DNA of 63,755 bases, filler included, from Ministeria vibrans ATCC 50519 (lineage: Eukaryota > Protista > Filasterea): assembly GCA_943704425.1 (NCBI GenBank). It is 8 parts of 8 records of this genome, joined end to end, with 100 filler letters (N's around TTAATTAATTAA, not from the genome) between each part and the next. Parts side by side here need not be neighbours in the genome. Positions count along the whole stretch, not along the records: positions 38,197 to 51,585 come from CALSCP010000977.1; positions 51,686 to 59,144 come from CALSCP010000844.1; 6 more parts are not named here. One strand, written 5' to 3'. The notes under the pieces were generated by a model, which did not search any database, was not told the DNA's origin, and saw only the letters and a list, made by a program, of their open reading frames with translations. Positions within the stretch are counted from its first letter, which is position 1; each line of letters begins with the position of its first letter. Below are positions 38,439 through 52,964 of the stretch, piece by piece. The translations under genes were made by a program, and so were the position numbers.

Positions 38439-40185
38439 TCATCTCCGCCCCATGTAACTTCTACAAACACACAAAACAAAACAAAAAAATGTTAAAACCC
38501 AATTTTAAAGACAAAAAATTACCATTTGCTCCTCCCTCAGCACATTAAAGGCACAAATGGGGCAGGCAATAGTGGCAAAGGAGTGCTGGTAGGACGACAA
38601 CAGCAAGCGCACCGTGTTCGGCAGGGCAATGGGCAGTCGTTGTGAGCGTTGGCGCAGCTCAGGCAACAGCTCTTCACCCAACACACGTCGGTCGTAGTAG
38701 TGTCCACAGGTGAACACGGCCATGGTCGCATCCATCGAGACTGTCCCATCACTCCCAAGTGTGCTCGCCACCGCAGTAACTGCTTCGCCGCTAAGGGACA
38801 CGGGCGGGTCTGCTGCGACCACTGGCAACTCAATGACAAGTCGACGCGCAATGTCCTTGTCAACATTGTTTCGGATCGCCGACCACAGCCGATCGCGTGG
38901 CACCCCAACCACAACCGCAGCAGCATCGCGACTCATACCTTCACGGACCATCTTAAGGCGCACCACCGACGACAGACGCGACAGTATCCGCTCACGTGCC
39001 ACAACACGACGCGACACTGCTGCGCGCTCTGCCGCCCGCGACATTCCCTCCAGCAGTCCAAGCACAACAGGGGAGCACAACGCCGACCGTTCAAGAATCG
39101 CCTCCTCAAATACCGCCACCGGCAGACTGTGCATGTCCCAAAATGATGCAAGCTCCGTAATCGCCTGCAATACTTGGTCCGCCACGGGGTCTGCAGTTGC
39201 CACCACGACCGACGCACTCCCTTGCTTCTTCAGACGCAACGCTTCCTCCCCATCGCCCGACCCAATACTCCCATTCCCCCCACCAACGACACCAACACTC
39301 CCCTTGGCCTTTTTCGACTTTTTCTTCTTCTTGCTCACCGCATCCGACGACACAATCGCGTCGACACACCCATGAAACGCCGCCGCAGCCGCCGCCGCCA
39401 TAGCCTCGGTACTGCTGCGCGCCGACACATCCTGCTCATTCGTCACAATGCGCAGTCGACACTCAAACACTCCAATCCAGGCGCTTTCCATCTCGTACAG
39501 ACACGCCGCCGCAGCCCAGTTGGACCACGCCAGAGCACGGTGTACCATGCTCGTCCACGAGTACAGCCCACGCAGCCCATGCAACGCCAACAACAGCGCA
39601 CTCTGGTTGTACGCTGTAGACTTGGTCTGCACAAGACCACCACCACCACCACCACCACTGCTGCTGCTGCCAGCTGACGACAATGGACCAGAGACAGTCG
39701 TCGCACTCGCTGCTGTCGTCGGTGACGCTGATCCGCCCTTGGGTGTGCCATACATGAGTGCATCGTAGCTTGTCCCATAGCGCGACGACCCTCCTCCTCC
39801 TGCTCCTGCCTCCTGCTGCTGCGCGTGATGGTAGTTGCGCGAGCGAAATGACACTGGCTGCGTATTGAAACTGTGACTATCATCATCGTCAAGACCCGCC
39901 GGCAGCGACATCCCCTGTGCATCGGGCAGATTGGGAATGCGCGTAGGCACAGCCAGACACGGCGGTGGTCGTCCCTCCAGACCCAACTGCCCCGAATCTC
40001 CTCGTCCCCACACATACACTCGCCCCGACATATCCACGGCACATGTAAACTCTTCGCCAGCCGCAATGCTCGCCACTCGTCGTGACATCAACGATCGTAC
40101 CTGAAAAATACCAACAATCATAAAATTAATAATAATCATAAAAATAATAATAATAATATAATTATTATTAATAATTTCATATTTC

Positions 40186-40259
<74 letters not shown>

Positions 40260-43200
40260 TTTACCTGAGTCGGCGTCTCGATAGGCCCAAAGTCTTCGTG
40301 GCCTAACTGACCATTGTCGCTGGCACCCCAACTGTAGACACCGCCGTTCTCGGTGAGCAGCACATTGTGCCAGTGGCCACACTTGAGACGCACAATGCGC
40401 GAATCTGCATTGAAGTCGCCCAACAGTCGCGGTTTGCTCTGCGGCAGATCACTTGCATCAATGCTGACAGGTCCCAGTCGCAGCCGATAGTACGCTTGCA
40501 GCTCTGACGAGTGGTTTAGTTCAAGATTGTCACGGCCCCACACGCACACGCGGTTGTTCTGCAGCACCACCACCGTGTGGAAGGTCCCACACGCCACAAG
40601 TGCCACTTCGCCCTCAAGCTCCACCGCATACGCCTCAACTCCCCCCTTCGCAGCATCTCCTGCTCCGTTCGACCCCACGACACTCGCGGACGCGACTGAT
40701 GCGTCCCCACTCCCCGTGTTCTCGGCTCCTTCGTGCTGCACACGCCCCAGTTGCCCGTAAATGTTGCTGCCAAACGTGAAAATGCGTCCAAGCGACGACA
40801 AGATGGCTGTGTGGCAGTAGCCACCGCCAGCCTCGACTGCGTGTACATGACCCAAGAGCTCACTAATAGGACGCGGTACAAGCACATTGGACGACGCTAG
40901 AGTCGCCTGGTCCGTGTTGAGCGACGCACTCCAGCTCCGGTCGCGCATGTTGTCCATCATGGGCGCATCCGCCATCACGTTGCCACTGCTGTCCTCCTCA
41001 ACGACGGGTGTCGCACTGTTAGTGGTCACCGACAACGACTCGTCCGCCACCCACGACGACGACACATTGACGCTGTCAAACTCGCCCATGGACGGACGCG
41101 ATAGAGGCGTGTTGCGACGACTGCGTGATACCACGGGCGCCGTGCCCAGCTGGCCGTGTAAGTTCCAGCCCCAGGCCATCACCGTGCCGTTGCTCAGCAC
41201 CGCAAACGAGTGGTAGTGTCCCGCGCCAATAGCACACACCACAACGCGATTGTGGTCCGTCCCCCCATTGCTATTGCCCCCCGTGCCGGTGCTCGTGCTG
41301 TTGCTTCCGTACGCCGCAGCCAGTGCCGCCGGTGACAGTGATGCAATCTGCTCGGGACGCGTTCGATTCAGCGTGTCGCCATGGCCCAACTGCCCATGCT
41401 CGCCACGACCCCAGCTAAACACATTGCCACTCTCGCACAGTGCCAGTGTGTGCTCAGCACCACACGCCACCGCACGCACCGACATGCCGGCCATACGTAG
41501 TGTCTCAACGCGCAACGGTAACACCGCCGAGTCCTGCACTATCAAATCACCCTGGCCCAACCGCCCGTGCTGTGCATGGCCCCACGTGAAGCAGTCGCCG
41601 TCACGCACCAGCGCTGCGTGCGTCACGCCACACGACACCATCGCCGCAAACCGACCCGCATCGTACCCACTGCTGCCCTGTGCACTCTCCATGCGCTCCG
41701 CAATCACATGCGAGGGTGGACGCGACGCCACAATGCGTCCCCGCACCGACGTTGTCCCAGACAACCCCGCTGCAATGGGTGTAGCAGCAATGCTCACACG
41801 TCGCTGCATTGCAAACGCACTGTTGGAACCAGCTGTTGCTGTTGCACTCGTCGCACTCGCTGTCGCCGCTTTGCTCGAGGAAAATGCCGACGCATCGCCG
41901 TACACGGGCGGTCCACGACTCGTACCGTACTCTCCTCGGAAACGCGCCAACGACATCATGGCCGTGAGAAACGTCTCAACAAACCCACAAATGATCTTCA
42001 CTTGCTTCACCGACAGCGACAAGGGTGTTGTCGAGCTGCTTGACAGTCGCTTGCCCCGATGGTCGGTCGACGACGCACCACCGCCTCCACTCACACTGCT
42101 GCCTCCCGCGGGTCTTCCGCCACGCCCACGTGATGACGACGATGCCGACGACGACGACGGCGATGGTGGCGCCACAGGCACAGCCACAGAGGGCAACCAT
42201 CGACTGGCACTGCCTCCGCCGCCACTGCCAGAGCTGCCCAGTCGCTTGTTGCCACCACCACTGCTCGCTGCTGTTGAGCCAGCATCTTCGGTCATCGACG
42301 TCAGACGCACGCTGCCAGAGAGCAGTTTGCTGTGCTCCGCAATGGCATGCTGCAACTGCTGAATGAGGTCGGACGCAACGCCAAATTCAGAAATGTCCAA
42401 GTCGCTCATGGTGTCGGCAAGGAGCGCACGAAAACGCGCACGACTCGGATCAAACACTCGACACACAATCACGAGCGTTTCCACGTCTAGCTGCGCAAAC
42501 AACTGACGCAGCTCATCGCAGCGTGTGGCAAGCAGACGGGGGCTGGCAAGAAGAAAGCGCACATGACGATGGGGTCGCATCGAGCGCACAAGTGCACCAT
42601 CGCCACACATGCACACGTGTGCGTGCTGCTGACCAATCTCAAGTAGCTCACGAGCACCCGCGTCGAGACACAGTCGTCCGCGGTTCAGTAGAATGTTCAG
42701 TGCTTGTGGCACAAGACCGCGTGCCTCCGCCACACGCAAGTACTGCGTCTGCAAACCGTGTGCCTCGAGGGTGAGCAGTGCGCGCGTCTGGTCGTAGTCC
42801 CAATTGTCAGTGATAAACTTGCCAAAGTACTCCTCTGTCTCAGCGCGCGACAGTCCTCCATCGCCGGCCACCGTGGCCTCAAGCACCTGGTGCACGTAGC
42901 TGCCAAACATCAGGTCGGACAGTCGCTTGCGGACACTCGCTGTGAGCGCCGACGGCCGATTGAGGATGTTGCGCAGGTGACCCATTACCCACGACATCTG
43001 GTTGCCCTCGATGAACTTGGCCAGAAGTTTGCCACAGGACACATTCGACAGTTTGTACAGCTCAAAGGCGTGCAGCAGCTCACCCGCCTCGTAGTAGCGA
43101 TCAGCGGCAAACTCGTAGAGTGCGTGCAGGTCGAGTCCAACCGTCTTGCCAAAGGGCTCGGCGTCAAGCTGACGACCCAGCAAATCAAGAAAGATGCGCT

Positions 43201-45403
43201 CCGGTGGCTGCGCCTGTGCAATGCGATAAACTCCGCCAGTGGTCACGACAAGGCAACCATCGAGCGGCTGTACTCGGTCGTCGTACACGGCTGCATGACG
43301 GCGCACGCGCGACGAGGGTGACGCAGGCGACGATGCTTTGTGCGTCGTCGACGAACCACGGCGACCCCTTGTTGCCATGTTGCCGTCTTGGTGGTCGTCA
43401 TCAACACTTTCTTCGTTGCTGTCGCCGTCATCGTCGTCGTTGTGGCCACTGGTGTTGTTCTTGCTGTTGTTGGTGGCGGTTGTGTCTCCTCTCGGGTCCG
43501 TGCCACAAGCGCTCGCGTCATTTGCGGACTGACCCACCTGGATCGTAATGGTACCATTGCAGTTCTTGTACGTGCGCGCAGCAGTACGACCACCGCTTCC
43601 CATCACAAGTGAGGGCGAGTCACGTCGCATCGGCAAACTGGTCGCCAGCAAATCAGTGACACCACCATTCCTTACACCTCCTGCACCACTGCCACTTCCG
43701 CCTCCTTCACCCGCACCACCTCCTTCTCCTCCTGTCCCTCCTCCACCCGCGCCACCTCCGACAACCATGCCACCGCGAGTGTCAGGAAAGATGTGCAAGA
43801 CAGTCTCGCCGGGTGGCAAGCGAAAGCTCTGAATAACAGCTTCCATACGACGCTCACGGGCCATGGCATTGTCCCAGTCCCCAGCCACGCGAGCGCCACT
43901 CAACAGTTTGCTCACGGCATACACATGTGCAGTAGTGCCACTACCTTCCCCACTACCACTGCCAGAGTTACTGCTGCTTGCGCTCGCACTGTGATGCGGA
44001 TCACGGCCTCCACGTGCGCTGCCATTCGTGCCCGAAGAGTGTGCCGAGCAAAACACAAGCTGCTGCGTGGTGTGCACCACCATGGGGGTGTGGCGTGAGG
44101 TGCTCGCCGACGACGACACACTGCTACTGCGTGGGGTTGCACCCCCGCTCGAGTCTGCATCAAAGGGCAGCTGGAAGACGAAGAGGGGGTGGCGATGCAG
44201 GTCGTAATCGTACACTTCGAGCATCTGCGACTCGCTCTTGAGCACTGCCACGGCAGCACCGCCCTGCGTAAGACGTTGCGTGGAGAGAGAGGCTCGCGAC
44301 TCGCCTGTGAGACGACGTAGGGGTTCAATGGCAAAATCAGGTTGTGTCGAGCAGGTGAGAATAGTGTCGTAGCCGGGCGTGTCGTTGGCGTCCATCTCGA
44401 GTGGGAGACGCCAGTGCGAGGGCATATTAAGGCCGTCGGGTCCCTTGGCACCCGAGTCGGTCGACACAAGAAGGTACTTGGACTCAAAATCGCCCTCGGA
44501 GACAACCTTGAGCGAGAGAATGGCGCCACGCAGACGCATCGAGAGACGTTCCTCGTGCGTGCCCATGCTGAAAAAGGACAGTGTACCACGCTGTGTTCCA
44601 ATCACACACATATCGGTGCCATCGTGCATGCGCCACCAGCACACATGCTGGGTGACGTCGCCGCGGTGAGCACGCGCCACAGCGGAGACTGTAACGGCGC
44701 GGAACTCGGAAAAGGGTGGCATGGCAGTGCGACGCGTTCCTAACAGTGCCTCTGCGCTGCCACCGCCCGTCATGGTAAGATTGGCCGCCGACTCATCCGT
44801 TTGGCTCGTACGCGACGTGTCGTTGCTCGTGTCGCTCGAGAAGAACGACGAGAAGAAGGACAGGGCGGACGACTCGACGCGCGTGCGCACGGTGCCCATG
44901 CCAACGTTGACATAGGCAGCGCGTGTGGCGTCGTTGGGCACACCAGCACGCTCCAAGGTGCGCGCACCCACAACGCAGACAAGGGGAAGAATGTGAACGT
45001 GCAAGTCGGCGCAGACAAGCACGAGTGTGAGACCGTCTGTGGAGATGTCCACAGCGGCAATGCTGCGTCCACGCACAGCGCCCGTCACTGCGCACGGAAA
45101 GGGCCACTGAAAGCAACGCAGCACAGCATGACCATCGGCAGCCCCAACACATCGCACCACCACGTGCTGAGCCGATTCAAACGAGGAGCTGGGTGCGGAC
45201 GCGGACGATGATGTCGAGGCAGTCGACGACAGACCTGAAGCGGCCGTCGATGACGACGAAACTCCCGCCGCCGCCGCTGCTGCCGCTGCTGCTGCTGCTG
45301 ACAACGACGAGGACGACGCGGTAGCAGAAGCTGACGATGCTGAAGCACCTGAGGCCGACGCCCCCGCCGCTGCTGTGGACGGAGAAGCGCCAGAAGCAGC
45401 AGA

Positions 45404-45441
<38 letters not shown>

Positions 45442-45813
45442 CAACGTTGGCAAAGTTGGACGAAGACGACGCTCCTGACGGCTGCTGCTTGACGGTTTGC
45501 GTCACAAGAAGCAGCACACTGTGGTACTCGCACTCGACAGAGGCTGCCAGCTGCACGCGAGAGTGCGGTTCGCTTTGCCCTGAAGATTTTTTCAGAAGCT
45601 GTAAAAAAAAAACGATAAGAGAGGAAATTAATAGGGAGAGGGAACGAAAAAGACAAGGCATAGAGGTAAGCACGGTGGGTACATGTGGGTAGGGGGGCGC
45701 GTGTGAGCGGAGAAACGACAGAACATAAAATCAATCACCTGATTTCGTCGGTGCTCCTGCCTCCTTGACGACACCCCAATGATGGTGTTGATGTCAAAGA
45801 GGGGGTACCTCAT
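38439..45813 (-). CDS. Very large RCC1-repeat protein with a C-terminal Cys/His finger
   Basis: Multiple RCC1 repeats (TWGHAQHGRLGQG, VACGAEHTLAL, SWGRGEHGQLGHG, WGRGDSGQLG); C-terminal VFTCGHYY...CPIC; introns near 45600-45737 and 40102-40263; last exon tentative. Confidence 0.8.
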
Positions 45814-46005
45814 GGCAAAATTGGGAAAGCGGTCAGGCTCAAAACACAAAATATGAATAATATCAAAAATAAACACCAAAATATTCCTAATCAATCAAAA
45901 ATCAATCAAAACAATTAAACAAGTCATTTTGATTTTACTGTGTAGCAATCTGTAACGGACGTGTACTATTCATCTCTCTGCTAGCTTTGTGCTTTTCTTC
46001 TCACC

Positions 46006-46820
46006 ATGGGCATCCCCAAATTCTTTCGCTGGATGAGGTTTGAATGAAATTACAGTCGAAAGAGAGAGAAAAAGAAGAAGGGAAAAAAAAGTAGTCTCAA
46101 ATTTGGTCTATAGTGAACGATACCCATCGTTGTCACAGACAGTCGCACACAATGAAATCCCAGAATACGGTATGCCGCCATGCAGTCGTCTTCATCGCTT
46201 ATTTCTCCGTCTTTTTCGTCCTGTGATGTTAAAAAAAAAATGATTTCCTCTCTCTCTCTCTCTCTCTGTTTTGCAGACAATCTGTATCTTGACATGAACG
46301 GGATCATCCACACATGCTCGCACGGGGACGATGCGTCGATGGAGATGAGCGAGGAGAAGGTCTTCGGGGCGTGCTGCAAGTACGTCGCCATGCTCTTTGC
46401 CATAGTGCGTCCCCAGCGCCTCTTCTACCTGGCCGTGGACGGTGTTGCGCCCCGCGCCAAGATGAACCAGGTACGTCCCGCGCGCGCGGGTGGGGGGGGG
46501 GGGGGGGGGGGGCTTGCTTGCTGTCTGGTGGTGTGTCTCTTGCTGTCTTGGTCTTTCTCTCGCGTTGTGTGTGTGTTGTGTAATGGCTGTGATTGCGTCA
46601 ATGGGTTGATCAAGTTTTGTCTTTGCATTGTCATTGTTTCCAGCAACGCGCACGACGATTCCGCTCTGCACAGGAGCTTGCCAAGTCACGACAGGATGCC
46701 ATTGCCAAGGGAACCCTGCGCGAAGACCAGGTGTGCTTCGACTCCAACGCCATCACACCCGGCACGCCTTTCATGGTGCGCCTCAATGACTACCTTCGCT
46801 ACTTCGTCCAGAAACAAGTA

Positions 46821-46854
<34 letters not shown>

Positions 46855-49800
46855 TAGAGGACCAGCTTCTCATGTACTCAACATTGTCTATGTTCTTTTA
46901 TTATTTGTTTTTTTGTTTTGTTTTGTTTTGTTGTAACAGTGCGCCACCGACCCAACATGGCGCAACGTCAAAGTGATCCTGTCGGGCCATGATGTGCCGG
47001 GCGAAGGCGAGCACAAAATCATGGACTACATCCGCCGGGTGCGCTCTGAGCCAGGCTACGACGAGAACACGCGTCACTGTTTGTACGGCCTCGATGCCGA
47101 CTTGATCATCTTGTCGCTGGCGACGCACGAGCCGCATTTCTCGCTGCTACGCGAGGAGGTCAAGTTTGGCAAGAAGGGCGGTGCAGTGCGTCCGACTGTC
47201 ATGGAGGATACAAACTTCTTCTTGCTCCACATTGCACTCTACCGTGAGTACCTTGACATGGAGTTCTCGTCGATGCGCGCACCGGGCGTCCTCTCGTTCC
47301 CCTACAACTTTGAGAACATTGTCGATGATTGGGTTCTGTTGGGCTATCTTGTGGGCAATGACTTTTTGCCGCACTTACCCGACCTCCACATCAACGACGG
47401 TGCTCTCCTGATGCTTTACGAGACGTACAAACGCGTTCTGCCGCAGCTCGACGGTTACATCAACCAGGGCGGCCACATTCACTTGGCGCGTCTCGAGGCC
47501 TTCCTGCGCGAACTCGCTCCCTTTGACGTCGAGCATCTCGAAGCGACCGCTGCCGACTTGGCCTTCCTTGATGGCAAAGGAGCAACTGTGCGCAAGGGAG
47601 GCAAGCGTGACAAGAAAAAGCCCACGTTCACACCCGAACCCAAGGTTGATGCGGCGGCAGCACTTGCGAGCATTGGGCTCTTCATTGGTGGGGCAGATGC
47701 AGTCCCAGACGACGACGACAACAACGACGACGACGATGACAACGCCTCGGCTGCTGTTCTGCCTGCTGCTGACCCACTTGCGTCCATCACAGGTGAGTTG
47801 CAGCAGTTGATTCTACGTGATGCAGCGACTGCCGACGAGACAGATTCGACGGACGAGGCACGCGTGGCCCTGATGAAGGAGCAGTACTATCGCGAGAAGA
47901 TGAAAGACGCGTCGCGCGCCACGGTTAATGCTATGCGCGACGAGTACATTCGTGGTCTCCAGTGGGTGTTGCTTTACTACTACGAGGGGGTGCAATCTTG
48001 GGGTTGGTTTTACCCGTTCCACTATGCGCCGCGCGCCAGTGATCTGTTGGGATTCCGCGACACCTTTGGCGATCACATTGATCTCGAGCTGGGCCATCCA
48101 TTTCATCCCTTTGAGCAGCTTCTTAGTGTGCTTCCTGCCGCATCGCGCCATCTTCTCCCTGCCGCTTTCCAGCCGCTTGTCTGCAACAGTGACTCGCCCA
48201 TCATTGATTTTTACCCGACTGACTTTGAGATGGACCTCAATGGCAAGAAGGCCGAATGGGAGGCGGTCGTGCTTGTGCCTTTTATCGACGAGAAGCGCTT
48301 GCTTGAAGCCATTGCACCGCTCTCGTCGCGTCTCACGCCCGACGAGGCTGGTCGCAACGGCTGGGGCACCGAGTTGCTCATCGAGTACGACGCCACAGCG
48401 CACACTACCATTTGTGCGCCTCCCGTAGGCAACCTGCCGGCGCTACCACACAGTCGTTCGCGCATGGTCCCTGCTCGTCACTGGGACTCGCCCTTGCCTT
48501 CCGGTGGCTACTACAAGGGCCTCATGCCCAATGTGCGCATGGACGTGCTCTCGCCCGGCTTCCCCACGCTCAAGCATGTGCCACACACCGTCACTATTGA
48601 GCAGGGTGTCGTGACTGTGTTCGATCAGGTGACGCGCGGCGACAGCTATATTCTCACCCTCACCAACAACAGCAGCAGCAGCAACAGCAAGGTGGAGGAG
48701 AGTGGAGGAGGCCACAAGAGCGGCAAGGGCAAGGGCAAGGGCGCTGCCAATGGTGCGCATGTGCATGTACGCTCGACGGCTGTGAGTGAAGCTGCGCTTG
48801 CCCTGATGACTGCGACCACAGCAGATGCGGCGGCGAGTCAGCTGGTGGGTCGTGTGGTGCATGTTGGCTGGCCACACACCAAGGAGGCACTGGTGGTGAG
48901 TGTGGCGGATGCAACACAGGAGATTGAGATGTGCAATGCACAGCAACCGCAGCAGGGACTGCGTCGTCGCGTCTTTGCCGGTCCCGAAGACCGCAAGCAC
49001 TTTGAGCGCGAGGCGCGCTCGGTGACGGGCACACTGCTTAAGAAGCGTGGTATTCGCACCGGTCCCTGTCACGTGGTTGTCAAGGCACTGCCTGTCATTG
49101 GCCACCGTCCACTCTTCTCGTCGTCGGGTGCGGTGACCACTGGCTACCAGTTTGGCACGACCAAGGAGGCCTTTGCGCTTCAGACGGTCCTCATTGACGT
49201 GCCGTCACGTCGCTCGCTGCCCAACGACGCGTCTGTTCAGTCGCTCTTCCCGTTGCACAGCCAGTGGATCTTCACAGGGAAGGGACCCGACCAGGGCGCA
49301 TTGTGCACCGTCGAGGCGTACGGTCGTGCCAAGAACGGCCAGCCCAATCTGCGCGTAAGCATGGTGCCGCCTCCGCCCGCTGCACTTGCCATTATGATCA
49401 AGACGGGGCTGCCACGCCCCGGCCACGGTGTTCAGTACCTCCCGAGCGGTCTGGTCGCTAAGAAGACGCAAATCCATCCTCTGATGCTCTCACGCATTGT
49501 TGGTACACTGCGTGTCTGGGACAGTGCCAATGCCGGCTCCAATGGCAAGTCGCGCAAGGTTGACATTGGTTTTGGCTGGCGCAACTCACGCGATCATCAG
49601 GCGGTCTTGGGATACGCTCATGAGATGGACCGTGACGGAAAGTCGAGTAAGAAAAGAAAAGAAAAATATGGAGTGAGATTTGTTTACGTTGTGTGCGGTA
49701 CTCTATAGTTTGGGAGTACAGTGATGTGGCGATGCGCACTCTTCAGGAGTTCCGTCAGCGATTCCCTACGATTGTGCAACGACTGAATGGACTGGCAAAG

Positions 49801-51420
49801 GAGAATGAGTTTGATGGAATGGCTCTGACTGAAGGTTCAATGGAGACGATTGCGGACTTGGTCGCTTGGCAGAAGGCACTGCCGTCGGCCACTGCTGAGA
49901 CGGTGCCTAGCTTGGGTTATGCTCTGGCGCCACAGGAAGTGATTGTACGCTAGCAAGAGAGGAGGGAAGGGACACGCTAATGGACTGTGTCCTTTTGGTT
50001 TTTTTCGTTTGTTTGTTTGTCGTTGTTGTTGTTGTTGTTGTTTTGGTGGGGGTGTTCTTAGGTGCTGGAGCGCACTGTGGATAACGCAGTGGCACAGGTG
50101 GGTCATCGTCCGACGGTGGGTGGCAAGAGCATGTCTGTGTCACCCAATGATCTCAGTCAGCCGGGAAATGGCGACACGTCTGTGACTTTTTCTGTGGGTG
50201 ATCGTGTGTGCATTGGCAGTGGTACGATAAAAGTAGTATTAAATTTTGTGTTTTACTATTCATAGTAATAATAATAATAATGCATTTAAATTTATTGTAT
50301 TATTTTGTGTGTAGAGGGTGCAATGGGCACTGTGGTGGGTGTGTTTGACGGTCGCATTGATGTGCTGATGGACACTGTGGTTGCGGCGGGCAATGCACTG
50401 TGTGGGCGATGTTCAGCTGGTCGTGGCATGTCATTGCGCTCGAGTGATGTGGTCAAGGTTGGTGGGCCCATGCAGAGTGTGCGTGCCATGGCTCTGCCTG
50501 GTCCGTCGTCACCTGCGCCCGGTCCCTCTCATGCAGCTCCGGCTGCCGCAGTGGTAACGCCACCAATTGATCAACGTGTACTCAAGCAAGGCAAGGGTAA
50601 GGCTGCCAAACATCAGCCTCATCCTTTCGTGGCACCCGTGACTGCCGTGGCTCCTGCGACGACAGCCACGACGACACCTGTGTCGCCCATGACCTCTGTT
50701 CCATCTCCCATGACACCTCCTACCAAAACGCAAGTCTCGGCTGTGCCAGCACTCTTTCACGACAATGGTCCTCCGTCTCCTGAGCTTCTTGCTGCTGCGA
50801 GTGCCGCTCGCAATGCCGCCGCCGCCTCTTTGACGCCTTTGAAGATGCCCAAGCGCAACGCTGCTTCTGTTCCCAGCGGGTTTGTGCCTTTGCAGGCACA
50901 GCGCAAGCCCAAGAAAAATAAGACTCCCTCTCCCGCCGCCACCGCATCCCCATCGGTATCTACAGCCCCTCCTCCCCCTTCCGTCGCTGCCGTGCCCACT
51001 CGCGCCATTACTCCTGGAGCATGCGCTGACGTGGACACGCCATCGCCGACATCGGACACGTCGAGTCGCGCAAAGAAACGGCAGAAGAAGAAGGTGCAAA
51101 AGACAGCGGCAGCAGCGGCAGCAGTAGCATCTGAAGGAGAAAGTGCAACACAGAGCCCTATCAATACCAGTGCCGACGACGGTCTTGCCAACCTATGGAT
51201 GCAATTGCAGTCAGAAGCAGTCCAGCGTGCCACCGCCACCACCGCCACACGGAGTGCGGGCGCCCCCACTGCCACCGCACTGCCCTTCTTCGATCCTGCA
51301 ATTGCCAGCGCCTCTCCGCCCTCTGTTCCTTCCTCGGTTGCTCCTCCCAAGTCCACTCGCCAGAAGAAACCCCCGCGCCATCGCAACACCCCCAAGCCAT
51401 CCTCTGACTCATCCACTTAA
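46006..51420 (+). CDS. XRN1: 5'-3' exoribonuclease 1, multi-exon
   Basis: MGIPKFFRW; DNLYLDMNGIIH; DGVAPRAKMNQ|QRARRF; VPGEGEHKIM; YGLDADLI; VGNDFLPHLP; extended XRN1-type C-terminal region (PGFPTLKH, SH3-like part). Confidence 0.96.
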
Positions 51421-51530
51421 TGTTCATGAAAATTCCTACGTTTCTTTTCGATAGTACTTCCTTTTTTTACTGAATAAGAGAATTATTAGAAGAAAAAAAA
51501 GTTGCTTCATCACTCGGTCTCTGGCCCGTT

Positions 51531-51585
<55 letters not shown>

Positions 51586-51711
51586 NNNNNNNNNNNNNNN
51601 NNNNNNNNNNNNNNNNNNNNNNNNNNNNNTTAATTAATTAANNNNNNNNNNNNNNNNNNNNNNNNNNNNNNNNNNNNNNNNNNNNCCCCCCCCCTATATG
51701 TTTCCCTCATG

Positions 51712-52880
51712 CATACCGGACTCCCGAGAGTTTGTTTGAGGTGAAATGGTCAAAAAGGGCCAGCCGAAGACCGTGAAGGAACGAGTGGACAGAGAAGTTG
51801 CGGAAGAGAAACGAGTCAACCAGAAGATTGTATGCGCCACTGCAAAGAAGAAGAGACAGAAAAAACAAGTCAACAAAGTAACACATTGGGCTAAAATTGA
51901 CGTACGCTGAGAGGATAAAGTCGGAGGGCTGACTGGGACCAAAAACAACACTGTGAATGAGGTCGGAGAGCCGCGCACTCGAGTCCTGGACACGAAACGA
52001 GCGAGTTTTGAGGAGACGTGCGGTGGGGTCGGCGAGAGTGCGGTGGACGGTGTCGGGTGCAGTTGCGACGCCAAGGCAGATGCTGATGGGCAGCGAGTGG
52101 CGGTTGTGGTGGCAGGCGTGCAGGAAATCGTTCATAATGTTGCCGGGAAACGCCTCAAAGTCCTCCAAGATGACGGTGATGCGGTCTTGGGCTGCATGCT
52201 CAACGCGCTGCTGGTACCAATGGCCGAGCGACTCGAGAGTGAGGCGCGAGGCCGGCACCGACACATCGTCGCCCAACAGCTCCTCGGCCAGTCGTGCAAC
52301 GAGGCCCTTCAAGCTGGACGCGTCGCGAGAGCGGAGCAGTGCAGTCGCCGGACCCACTCGCGCCCTGGCGTGCTCGCGCAGCCGCCCAAACAGCACAGAG
52401 TGGTCGGGGACGTTGACGCCGGCAACGAGAATGGCGCACGGCATCAGCGCCACCGGACGCCGCAGCGTCGCAGCGTTCTCATCACGCAGAAATCCCACAA
52501 GCGCATCAAAGACAGTCTCGTTGGCCGTCGACGCCAGCTCCGCAGCTAAGAAAAAACGCCAGAAAATCACAAAGTGTCAGGTTTTTTTTTTGGCGCCTCA
52601 ACAAACAGAAGCGCGAACACAAAAGAGACAAAGAACGGAGCCGGAAGGGGCGTCAGGCGACAAGAAAGACGGCAGTGAACACGATGGGACCTGTGGTTTC
52701 CACGGAGCGCAGGCAGGCGTCGTGTGCGGTCGCGCGCAGTCCATCGACCGGCATTGCGCCCGCCTCGATCGCAGCCTGGAAGTCACGCTGCGCCCGCTTC
52801 TTGGCCTCATCCGAGACAGGGATGCGAACAAAAACGCCCTGCGAAGCAGATTCGGTCTCTTCCGATAACGTAGAAGACAT
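51712..52880 (-). CDS. ORC3: Origin recognition complex subunit 3 (3' end missing)
   Basis: PCAILVAGVNVPDH; VILEDFEAFPGNIMNDF; PISICLGVATAPDTVHRTL; FLFRNFSVHSF..FDHF. Confidence 0.85.
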
Positions 52881-52964
52881 CAGAGAGAAAAGGAAAATAA
52901 GTGTTATTGATGAATAGAAGTAATCCAGATAAATGAAAAGTCAGTCACAATTCATCTCTTGCAC

